A DNA stretch of 64,000 bases from Takakia lepidozioides (taxonomy: Eukaryota > Plantae > Bryophyta), in assembly GCA_030704615.1 (NCBI GenBank), contig CM060733.1, positions 72,230,001 to 72,294,000 on the forward strand. Direction: 5' to 3'. Below the pieces are notes generated by a model. The model was not told the origin of the DNA. It ran no database searches and saw only the letters and a list, made by a program, of their open reading frames with translations. A program made the translations under genes and the position numbers. Positions within the stretch are counted from its first letter, which is position 1; each line of letters begins with the position of its first letter. This document shows, piece by piece, positions 25,712-37,200 of the stretch.

Positions 25712-28700
25712 ATGGCGAAGACTAGGCCTAAGGTTGTTCCCCCTGAGGATTGTATGTTGGTTTTTTGGCACAAGCCTAAGAAAGGGGACGAGGTTCCTTT
25801 CTGGTATACGCCAACTGAGTGGGAAGAGATGATAGTGGAGGCAGAGGCGGACCTCAGAGTTCATGATGGCGCGAAACAAAGGAATCCCTATAAGTGCAAG
25901 TTTTGTGGGCGGCCCATGAAGGATAAGGTTAGGTTGAATAGGCATGTCATTGATGGGGAGGGTTGTCCTTGGTTGAACATGGTGGATGGTTGGGACAAGG
26001 TTCAGTTGCCACTAAAACCCTGGCCCGCTGCCGAGTTCCCGAAGCAGGTTACTAATTTTGTGGAGAGGTTGAGGGGGTGTACAAACCCCGAAGCGCGGCG
26101 CGTACCAGGAGACGATGTGTCCCCTATTGATCGGCAGCAGCAGCCCAAAGGAGCAAGAAAACGGAAGCCTGATGCGCCTGCACCGTCACAAGTGCCTGCC
26201 CCTCACAAGAGGAGTAGTCGTAGTGGGTCCGACACCGATTTTGAGCGCACCAAACCAAAAAAGGGGGCAAAAAAGGTTAAGATTGTCACTACTTTACCCT
26301 CCGCCCGTGAGAGACAAGCCAAAGTGCGGCCTGAACTCGCTGCCACTTCGAGTAGAAAGCCAAAGAAAAAGTATCCCTACAGCCGTGAGCAGCCAGCAGC
26401 AGAAATGGGGGGGATCGGACATGGGGGGGATCCGTCTCAAAGTCAGGGGGGCCAGTCCAGAAAACAGCGAAGGCACGCAGATGTGGGGGAGCAGACTACA
26501 TAGGACGACGAGGGGAGTAGACTACTCATCAGGACGAGGGGGAGCAGCCTGGGAGCTCGGGGCCTCTTGCAGGGGATGGGGCCATGGACATCGACCACGA
26601 CACACCGCACCCGATCACTCTTGCTGGAACATTTATACTCCTGCAACATGGACTTCTCCCTTCCAATTTTGTTGACCAGAATGATGAAAGATTATGGGAT
26701 GCATTTGTGGGTTTCGCATGGAGTGGAGGGTTTGCAAAGCGAGTGGAGAGGGCTGAACGCCGCTGGAGAAGATGGCTTCTACAAGAACAGGTTTGCTTCA
26801 CCCCCCAATCTCTTTTTGAGTGTCCGGCCATCTGCTCCCCCCAATAGTTTCCCAGGATTGTCCCCGGTTTGTAAATGCTCATTCTGTGCTGCATTTTTGC
26901 CTGCAGATCAATGCTTCCGCGGGAGAAATTGAGGCTGTGCGGAAATCAGTGCAGGCATGGAGCACCTGCAAAGACGGCATTCCATGTGCTCTATCCATTG
27001 GGCTGGAGTTGGAAGATTTTGAGAGCTACCTTGTGGGAAAGATGAGTACTCCTATCGTAACACCCTCCTGTTTGGTGAATGCTGTTCCCCATCATGCCCG
27101 TCTCTTCCCCTTCATCTCTGCCCCCCCCCCCCCCCCCCCCCCGCCTCTGCTGCAAACAGGTCTGCTCGCCCCATATCAGGTCCCCCCATGTCATGTCCCC
27201 CTTGCACCGTTCCCCCCTCATCTGTAGATCTCCAGTTTGATATTGTTGAACTATTGCTGGAGGAGCAGGACGTTCGACGTCTGCTTCCTGGATTCCCTCT
27301 CCTAAGAACTGCCGAAGAATCTGATGCCATTGTCACATGGCTGAAACGTCAATGTCCAACCCGACTGCCTCCGGTCCCTGTTCCCCTCCAAGTTTTTTCT
27401 ACCATGGACCCTCGACCCCTATTTCACACTTGTATCCTTTGGCCGATTTAAGACACGGCATCTGCCCCAGTCATATCATGATGTTTTTTGCACCGCAGAT
27501 TGCTCACAAACTGCCCTACCATGGATTTGGACTCTTCTTGCATGGAGGTTGGCGGACGTTTGGGAATTTTTAGAATCAGGAGACTATGTTGAAGAAGTGC
27601 TCCTGGTAGAGGGTTAGCTTAGATATGGTACAATGCAGGACAAAATGCAGATCGTCGACTCCTGCCGAGCATTTCTTCGCATGGTGCGTGCCCGAGCGTT
27701 TCATGAATTTACAGCAACAGAAACTGCCCACTTCCAAGTTTTGTGGTGCAAGGGCAACGATGCCAAAGGGATACGACGTGCAGTGCGGGCCTGGGAGGAT
27801 CTATTGTTTAGGCGGGAGCACATTGATTTGGGACGCTACGTGCATCTTTTGAGTAAGTGCATGCTTTGCCTCTCCAATAGTCTGTCATTGTGAAGATCAG
27901 AATTGGAATAGATAAATGGGGGAGCAGACTTTACAGTCGGGGATCGGGGATCAGGGGATCACGGGTCAAAGCTAAATACAAGCGCTTGTCTTGTGATAGG
28001 TGAGGCTGAGGCAGCTGATGTTGGAGTTCAAAATGCCATGGAGGAGGTCTTACGAGCAAACAAGGTGTTGTTGGCGAGAAGACATGAACTATACGACCGA
28101 CGAGTGTCACCATATGCCCCTCACCTTTCCCACATCGACATGGACGCCTTCAATTCATCGCAGTTGTCCCACCATGCATCGTAGATGGCGTCGCCAACAC
28201 CCTCACAGGTTGAAGACCTTCAAGCGCCTCATACAGAGACTTTTCAAGTGGAATCTCCGACGGCAGGTTTTTACACACCCATTGCGGAAGTTGATGTCAA
28301 TCCCATCCCTCTCATACTGTTCTGCCTCACAGTCTTCTTTAGACTCCCCAAGGGAATATTCTGCTGCCCTCGCTGTCTCTGCTGCCCCCGCCTCTTCTCC
28401 CTTCCTATCTCTGATCGCTCCCAAGGAGCGGCCCTCCTCTCTGCTACCCTCTCTGTCTCTGCTGCCCCATCATGTGATGTCCCCGCCGCTGCTCCCCTTC
28501 AAATCTGTGAACCCGCACTAGGTATTACCCTCCTCTCCGCCCCCCCCCTCTGTGTCTGCCGCCCTCTCTGCCACTCCTCCCCAACCATGTGATCCCCCGC
28601 CTCTGCACTTCTTCCATTATCTGCTCCCCAGAAGTGGCTACCCTCGTCTCACCGCATGCTATCCCATCGGACTCATCTCCCTCCTCGCATGAGTTTTCTT

Positions 28701-30281
28701 TTTGTGCTCCCCCTCATCTGGTACTGCTTTAGTGTGTATCACTGCTCCCTCCCTTTCTGGTCTCCCTTTAGCCTTGGCAGCCCCCACCTCTACTCCCGAG
28801 GTTTTGTCTGCTCCCCCAGATTTGTCTTCTACGAAGCATGCATCCGTGTGTGACCTGGTCCCCCCTGTCTGCCCCTGACTTCCACTCTTCTTCCCACATG
28901 TATCTACTCTCTCGCATGCTACTGTGACTCCCTCTAGTCCCCCCCTCAGTGCTCCATCACCCGAGGTGTCATCCCCCAACGTTGTTCCCGATGTCATGCC
29001 TGCTCCCCTCCATGTATATGCTCTGTCGCGGGCTGCTTTGTCTCTCTGTGGTCCTTCACTCTCTGCCCTTGTCCAATCACCTCTTTCAACTCATCCCGAG
29101 TCTGTGTGTACTTCCCACGTGGAGAGGGATGATGTGCCAAGAATGGTGGATCCAACTACCAAGTCCAACAGATTTGCAGCTGTTTCCAGTCCTCTGCCGA
29201 CGACACAGGTTGAGGTTATTTCAACGTTGGTGACCCCTCAACGCCAGTCATTGGCAGGGAACACCGAATTGGCAACGGAGGGGTTTGTTCCGCCTATGTC
29301 AGTTTTGCCAGGTGCACCCCCGTATCATGCACAGGCCATCCCGTTGTTATCCGCACTCGTAGATAGTCTGGTCTCCCCCACAGCAGAGCGCTTACTCCAG
29401 CCCCCTGGTACTGCTCCCATCGCTTCCACAGATCCTTGGAATATTGAATTGGGGGTCACCCCTGGCTCCACATTCACCACGGGTCCGCCTATGGTTTCTG
29501 CTCCAACCCCCCTGCACATGGGTTTGACCTCCTGCAAACCATCATCTGGCCCAGTAGCAGGTCGAACACGGCATAGGGTTGCTACAAAAACTTCGGGACG
29601 CCAATTGAACCTGCAGGGCATGGAGCAGGTGGATCAGAAAGAAACAAAGGATAAGGGGAAGGAGAAGGAACGCATGAAGGGCAAGGGGGAGCAGACTGGA
29701 GAGGGGATCGGCAAGGGGAAGCAAAGACCCCCGAAGGATGAGGGGGAACCGAAGCGTGCGCAAAAAATACGGGTGACGATGCGGGGGAGGGAGGAGAACC
29801 GTGCAGCTAATGGGGAAAGTAAAGCTATCACCAGAACAGGGAAGAAACGGAAGGCGAAATCTGGTCGGCCAGAAGTCACTAAGTAAGTGGGCCAGGGCTT
29901 CCCTCAATCCTCCTATTTTGCAGCTTTGACCGACTTTGATTTGATTTGGAGAATGGAAAGCATTAGTGGTGTCTGGCCTCAAACACATGTGCGTTCTGCA
30001 GGGGCCATTGGAGTTTGATGGTTTTTGATAAGTCCAAGTTTGCTCATCTGAACTCCATGACATCATTCAAATCCCATAGCCGACTTGCCTTTGAAACGCG
30101 TCTTCGCACTTTTAGAGCATACCTACACAAAGCCGAACCGGACTCGGTACTTTGGAATGAAATAATGGCATGGGAGTGGCTGGAACCTGAGGTGCCACAA
30201 CAACCAAGCGGCTGGGAGTGTGGCTACTTTGTAATGACTTTCATACAGAAATACTTGGAGACCAAAATCACAAAAAAATAG
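25712..30281 (+). pseudogene. Multi-exon TE cargo gene: N-terminal zinc finger, low-complexity linker, C-terminal Ulp1/C48 peptidase
   Basis: YKCKFC-x12-HVIDGEGC finger; exon-like blocks at 26584-26789, 26907-27042, 27228-27450 and 27633-27851; last exon (after ctgcag at ~30001) reads GHWSLMVF..HLNS..EVPQQPSGWECGYFVM. In-frame stops are present. It could be two genes. Confidence 0.7.
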
Positions 30282-30564
30282 GGGGCAACTTTTACAGCAG
30301 ATTGGTTTACTGACATGTGAGTACGCAGTATCAAAGCATGATTTCTTTGTGGATGGATAGTGGATAATTGGGATGATGCAGATTTCCAGCGTAGACTGTC
30401 GCATGTGCATGCCTCGGATGTAGCTATTGTATCTCCATTCCCCACGAAAAAAAAAATGAAGCTTGTCCCTCTTTGTAATCCCTTTGTGCCTTCTTTGGCG
30501 TCCACTGTGCTGTGAAGGGGATGAAGGGGTGAGGGTGAGGGGGTGAGGGGATCCTTGAGGTGGA

Positions 30565-30975
30565 TCAGACAACCAGGGATCAGGGGGTCAGGGGGACAGG
30601 GGATCAGGGGGCTCAGGTTCAGGGCGGATATGGGGATCGGGGGATCGGGGATCAGGGATCAGGGGGGCTCAGGTTCAGGGCAGTCGGGGGATGAGGGAAA
30701 ACAAGGATTGTATAAGGGTTAGTGGAGATCAGGAAGCAGGGGAACGGGCGGGAGAGATCAGGGAACCAGGGGAGTGGCCGGGCAAATGAGGGGATTAGGG
30801 AACCAGGGGAACGGGTGGGGACAACAGGGGATCAGAGAACCAGGGGAACAGGCCGGGAGATGAGGGGATCATGGCGGGAATGTCGGGAGCTTGACGGGAG
30901 ATAAGGGGATGAGGGGACCACGGGGTGAGGGGATGAGGGACGGCAGGTTTCGAATCGGGGGATCGGGGGATTACT
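30565..30975 (+). repeat. GGGGATC(A/G)GGG repeat tract between the converging genes
   Basis: Directly visible; the same motif occurs at 27938-27962. Confidence 0.75.
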
Positions 30976-31918
30976 AGTGAAAAGTCGCGTGTGAAGGGGC
31001 AAGTTCTGAAAGGCCATGTCCGTGTTTTGCACTATGAAAGGTCACGTCCTTGCATGTACGAGTGGTGCATAAGCATGCAACAAAAACTGAAAATAAACCC
31101 CAAAGCAAAATCTGAAATTTGCCCAACAATGGCAGAGAGCCCAGAGTCGGAAGATGACCCAGAGCCCATAAACTTTCGCTTTAGTCCAAGACAATGTCAT
31201 TTGCTCTCTGAAAGGGACGATGATACTGAAGCATCGGTTTTATGGTGCACTGCCTTGCAAATGCAATGGTATCTTTTCAAATGGAGAATTTGAACTGGTG
31301 GCTTCACGTTGGAAGTGAATGTATAATGGTTATGAGACAGAATGGCTTTCAAAACCATACGGTGTCCCATATGTTATATACACTATGGGAATCCAAATGG
31401 TTCCCACCGAGGTCACCACAAATGTCTCTCATACCATTGTGAATCACACAAAACATCATGGGTCACCGAACACAAGGCGCTAGCTTCTATAATTGCCCCG
31501 CCGGATGACAGCCGCACTGCCTTGTTGAGAGAACTCTTTGGGTGATACATGGGGGAGCATTGCACGGTGAAGGGGACCGGGCATATAAGTCCATTGCAAA
31601 GCGCCGCAGGGGATGGGGGATGAGGGGAGCAGTGAATGGGAAGGGATCACAGGGAGCTGAGCACAACCTCGGAAGCAGCGGTGTGAGGGGGCCAGCTGTG
31701 ATGAGAAGGGAGATGAAGGGGATTAGGGAACCTCTGCCATTCCAGGGGAGCAGAGGCCGAAGCACTACACGAAGAGGGGGATGATGGGAGGAGGGGAGTA
31801 GTGTGCTTGCAATGCAAAAAAGGTCCTGTGCCCCTGCTCTCCACTGATCCCCTGCTCCCACTGTCACAGTGAAAGATGCTATGCTCTCATGCTCCCGCTC
31901 CCCGTCGATTCCACACAC

Positions 31919-33060
31919 CTTGTGTTTATTCGTTCCAAAGGTCGCATCACAAGAGACGATATGTTTGTCACCCATTTGGAACATTGTTTTTTTCTGTAAT
32001 TCTGTTTGAATGCCAATGGCAAATTTGAGGTCGACATTGCCGCGTCGTGTTCCTCTAGCAGGGGGCATCGGGCGTGTCCTCTTGATAGAAGAAAACACTC
32101 TGGGGCTGGCCTCCTTCCACATCTTCAGACTGGTCCCCTCGTCCTTATGTCGCTTGAAAGTCGCACATGCCAGTTTGTCCATGATGTTTCTAATGTCATG
32201 CTCGAGCACAACATCATCACGACACCACTTCTCTCCATTGACTTGCTGTCAAATACCTGTTGTTCATGTTGGGCCATGATTTCAGCAGGCGACAACCCAA
32301 CACGTATGCTATCCGTTATCCACATCTTAACCTCTTCACTAAGGTGAGGTGCGTGCGCGAAACAGGTGTTACTTGAAGTCGGGTCAATGTGGCCATGGCA
32401 GACCTTGTCACATCCATCAACATGGTTTTTGTTGTAGTATGTTATGACAGCAAGAGAAGGATCCAGGTAGCATCGTCCAATCCTAAACTGACAGAGGCAA
32501 CCCCTCTTGATGGACTCTCCCTGAACGACTTTCTTCCGTCTCGGCCCTTTGTGGTTGTTGTACGAAGGCGATGAAGCATCCAACACATACCCTCTCCTGC
32601 CGTTCCTTCTCTTCAAAGAATGTTTATTGACAGGTATTACATTTGTGCGCTTGTCCTCAGGTCCATAAGAACAATGGAACCTGAACAATGATGAGAACTA
32701 TGTCGGCGGAGTGGAATACTCGGAGCAAGAGAGCATAGCATTTTGACACAATAGAAGAGCAAACAATGCAAACAAGCAGCATCCATTACAAAGAACACAT
32801 AGAGACCATCCAGAAACCACAAAGGTGAAGGCAGACTTTATCACACAACAGCAACTATTGGCCCTTGGAGCTAAGAGCTCGCCCTCCTCATGCTTTCCCT
32901 TTTTAGGCACCGTTCTGTTGAAGTGAGTGGACGCCTCTGCCCTTTCTTCCTCCCCTCTCACAAAATCGTCGATCCTGCTCCAAAGAATGATCGCAACATC
33001 CGTATATACACATTTACTGCGACGCACCAGACGTCGCAGGAATGGATTAAACAAGAACAA
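31919..33060 (-). pseudogene. MULE-type (Mutator-like) transposase, N-terminal part, resembling the At4g13970/At1g60560 SWIM-protein type
   Basis: AIILWSRIDDFVRGE (exon 1); HCSYGPED, KRGCLCQF..NHVD..CHG (WRKY/FAR1-like zinc module), APHLSEE..VGLS, then after a frameshift FAIGIQTELQ..SCDATFGTNK (first catalytic D); GT donor at 31918. I could not recognise the remaining catalytic core. Confidence 0.85.
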
Positions 33061-33094
33061 TTTATAATTAACAGTAATTATTTAAAATTTCAAA

Positions 33095-33464
33095 TAAAAA
33101 GCGTCGCATGGAAACGGTGACGCCCGGGACAACGCAGCGGGGAAGCGACGCACAGGGCGTCGCTCTTGAATGTGACGTTGTGCGCGTCGCCTGTTGGGTG
33201 GTGCATGCACGAACCACATGCGACGCCTAGGTCGTTGCATGTGTTACTGACGTCAGGCGCGACGCAACACTTGGGTTCCTGGGTGGCGCAATCTGCGACC
33301 CCCCTAGCATCGCCTTAAGTCCGGAATGTGCGACGCCCCCATAGCGACGCATTTGCCACACTAGAGGCGTCGCAGATTTGCAATTTTCGCCGGGCCGAAA
33401 ATCCGCGGTTAGCGTTGCCTGGGGCGTCGTAAAACCCCCCCCCCCCAAAAAAAATGGTGTAGTG
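33095..33464 (-). mobile_element. CACTA-type element terminus with subterminal GCGACGC/GCGTCGC repeats
   Basis: TGGTGTAGTG at 33455-33464 is the reverse complement of CACTACACCA; about ten GCGACGC/GCGTCG motifs in both orientations lie just inside; unrelated integrase sequence lies outside. Confidence 0.7.
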
Positions 33465-33469
33465 TACCC

Positions 33470-33800
33470 ACCATGAGAACTGAATGGGGAAGGAGAATGG
33501 AATTGGAAGATTCAATTAAAGTGAGAAGACATGAATTATATCATGTAGAGGAAGTACGTGCCGATGCAATTGATAACATGACCAGAATACATATGAAAAT
33601 GAAAGATCGGTTTGATGAAGGCGGGGAGACTTGGTACTGTGGTTGCAGAAGAAAGGGAAAATTAAGGCTTCTAAGCTTAAGTCCCCATGGAAAGGACCTT
33701 ATGTCATACATAAGATGTGTGATAACAACACATCAATGTTGCATTAACAAAGAGATGCTTGGTAGAGTTAATGCCAACAAACTTAAAGGATTTAGTGGTA
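33470..33800 (+). pseudogene. Ty3/gypsy integrase C-terminal fragment
   Basis: ELYHVEEVRADAIDNM..MKDRFD, WKGPYVI in a shifted frame, GRVNANKLK. Confidence 0.6.
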
Positions 33801-33899
33801 TCAATGACAAACCATTACAACATGATTTGAATTTTGAAGCAGAAAAGAAGCAGCGGACTACATTGATCAGCACCACCACCAGATCATGAAGTGCATGCC

Positions 33900-34244
33900 A
33901 TGTGACGACAATGATGTAGCTAATGAGGGATCTAGCCCCGAGAGTTCGGAGGGCCAGGGTGAGTAGTAGGGAATTCTGAGAACTAACATCAATTTTCACA
34001 AAAAAGGCGGGGTCATCCACATGATGTTATCGTCATCACCATCACCGTCGGTGTCAATCTCACTCACATGACTATCATCACTCTCACTATCATCACTATC
34101 GCCACTCTCATCATCATCGTTCTCCCCGTCATCACCCTCAGTACCTGGCTGAACCTTAGAGGACAAACTCTTCTTCCTCCTCCTGTTCTTGAGCATCTTA
34201 CATGCCTTCATTCATGTAATGAGGCCCACATACCCATGGATCTT

Positions 34245-34286
<42 letters not shown>

Positions 34287-37200
34287 CCGGCCAAAGCCGG
34301 CGTAACTAAGAGCCACTGGTGGCAGTTTTGAAGCAGCAACAGGCCAGCAGCAGGCAGCAGCAGCACCCACATTTGCAAGAACTGGAACTGCAAGCTTCAA
34401 GAAATCAAGACAAGTGAAGACCCTCACCTGTGCCCATCCCAAAAACCACCACATAAAGATGTGTGTTAGTGAGGATGCATCAGGTGAGTGGCAGGTCTTC
34501 ACAGTTGTTATCCATGTCAGTGCTGAATTCTAAAGCATGTACAGATCACAATTCAAGCAAGGTAACCTCAAAGGACCTTGAGTGTTTGCGCCAGGGCGTC
34601 CAACAGATCGTCTCCAACAGAACTCAATCAAAGGAGAAGGGTTCACAGATAGAGAAGAGCTCATACAAAGTGAAAGAGCCATATTGCAATCTGTAGATTA
34701 ATAGGGGTAGAGTACTTCCCAACGAGGAGTAAAAGCGCCGCTGCAAATTTAAAAGAACCATGAGGGTCTGAGCAAAGCAATCAACGCTTTGTCGCCTACC
34801 AGAGAAGAATCTGAATAACCGCCAATGCGCATCCCAAGAGCCAGCCATCACGGGTACCGTGCAGCGGTTGGGGAGCAGATTTACACGGCGCATCATCAAG
34901 GATCCCTGAAGCACAAGTTCTGTGCTGTGAAAGGTGTCGACCTGATTAGGGCACAGATCCCCGATTTCTCATCCACGGTGGATGAAAAGTTGCGTTCTAG
35001 CAAGAGATGCACTTGTCAATGGATGACATCCGTTAAAAAAGCAATTTTTAGGGTTAGGGTATAGGCTCAAGCTTAATAACTGCCATCATCTATAATAAAT
35101 TATGGTAAAATTACTATCTCCTGGATTAAAATAGGTCACCATCATTCATGGAATTCATCCAGTTTGGATGAAAAAAGAGAAAATAGATGATAAACCAAAA
35201 TTTCTGCATAGTAAGGGTCACCATCCTACAATAATTTCATCTAGTTTTGGATGAAAAAAGAAATTGGGATGAAAAACCAAAATATCTGCACAGTAAGGGT
35301 CATCATCCTTCAGAAATTTCATCCAGTTTTGGATGAAAAAAGAAATTGGGATGAAAAACCACATAACCAGCATCAAAAAGGTTAAAGCCATATGAAATTC
35401 AAAGAGTTATAGAGGGAGAGGGAGAGAGGGAAAGAGAGGGAAACAGTGGGCTAGGAAAAAATAAATAAATAAAAAATAAAAAATGGGGGGGAATTTGACT
35501 GAGCAGCTTCTGCTGCTCAGTTACTCCCCCCTCTCCCTCTATGGCTTTTTTTTTGTGAGCAGCACAAAGGAGAGGGAGAGAGAGGGAGAGAGAGGGAGAG
35601 GGAGAGAGAGAGAGGGGGAAGATACTTATGTCTTGTCGAGACATGGACAAAGACCTGACAAGGTCATAAACAAAGGAAAACTGGAATCTGGCTTCCAGAC
35701 CCTCTTTTTAATCATATGTGGCACATTTTAGCAACTCGAAACAAAATTTTCTTGCTATGTGCAGTGGTAAATGGATATCTATATGTTCCCACCCCCCCAC
35801 CCTGAGATTTCATTGGCTTTGAAGTCTGGGATTTGTCATAAAGCTGACTTTTGAATGAAGAATGGTTGATAATGCCTTGTTATGAGGCTGATTTGTCGTT
35901 AATATCATCATCACCACTTCAATGCTACAACCTGTTTATATTGGCATCTTACACACCGTGTCTTAACTAGATCCACCATACTTTTTTGGCCCATAACCTA
36001 GTTCGGCTTTGGGTTCTTTGTATAATGCCATATCAAAGTGATTGATCAGCAAGTGTCCATGTCCAAATAAGGAACCATTGACCACTTTTCATAGCAAGAA
36101 ATATTTGTTCAGCTTAGGAAAGCCATTCATGATCACATAGAAGGCTTTTAAGAACAAAGTACAAGCATTTATTTGCTTAAAATCATCACCACAGCAAGGT
36201 TGATCGATCAGAGTATAACCAGTCTGCCCTAAAATAAACATCAAGTCAGTTCCTGACACCATGCTTTTTGCCTTATGATCTGGGGCAGGTATGTAAGTGC
36301 ATTGGTGGTGCTCCCACATCATGTTATCAGCCCCAAGACCAGGTTCAAGGTCTGGGGCAGTGATATCATTACCATAATAGGTTGTGATCAAATTTATAGG
36401 CCATCAACCCATTCATAGAAAACACACAGGGTCTGAATTGTTCATTCCAACAGGTCCATAAGTTGCCATGGTATCATTTATCCTAAGGCAACCTGAACAT
36501 CCGGGACTGAATCAGCTTCTTAACAAACAACAAAGGCTTACCATCATGGACATTGTCCATTACAAAAGCCGAGTAACCAAGGGCTTGTAACCGAGGATAT
36601 TATCTGGCCAAAGAAGAGGCATCCTACAAGATTACATGGCACCAGATATCCTAAACCAGCCTGCTCGTAAAAAGAGACCAGGCTTACCAGTGTTTACAAT
36701 AAAGGACACAGTCTGGTAAAAAAAAACAGATCTGCCCCACTTTGCTGCTTGGCACCAGATATCTTAAAGCCACCAGCTTGTCAAATTCTCCACCGTCACA
36801 ACAAGATGCCACAGGGAACAAGAGAGAAGCACCCAAATGACTGAGTGTCCACCATACCAGGTTAAGAACAAGAGCCATCAAGATAAAGGGAAAGAGGAAG
36901 AAAGGTTTATTCTCCCCCAAAGATACAGATGTCATGGCGTCGCTTCTTCAACTCGATTCCAATCACCTTCAAGCTTTGAAATTCATATTAAGTGAGGACC
37001 CTCACCTGGTCCCATCACAAGCCCCCACAAAAACCAACAGGTTAGTAAGGATTGTGGAACCCCAGGTGAATCACAGGTCTCATGCTTGTTATCGTTGTAC
37101 AACATGCATTCCAAAGCAGGAGCAGAAAGAAATCAGAGCATAAACAAGGCATCACCTTGATGGTTTGCTGAAGAGAAGCCTGCAAAATGGCTCCCAAGAC

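Noticed and set aside
31100-31560. Continuation of the transposase (second D, E, SWIM)
   Set aside because: No frame gave recognisable motifs.
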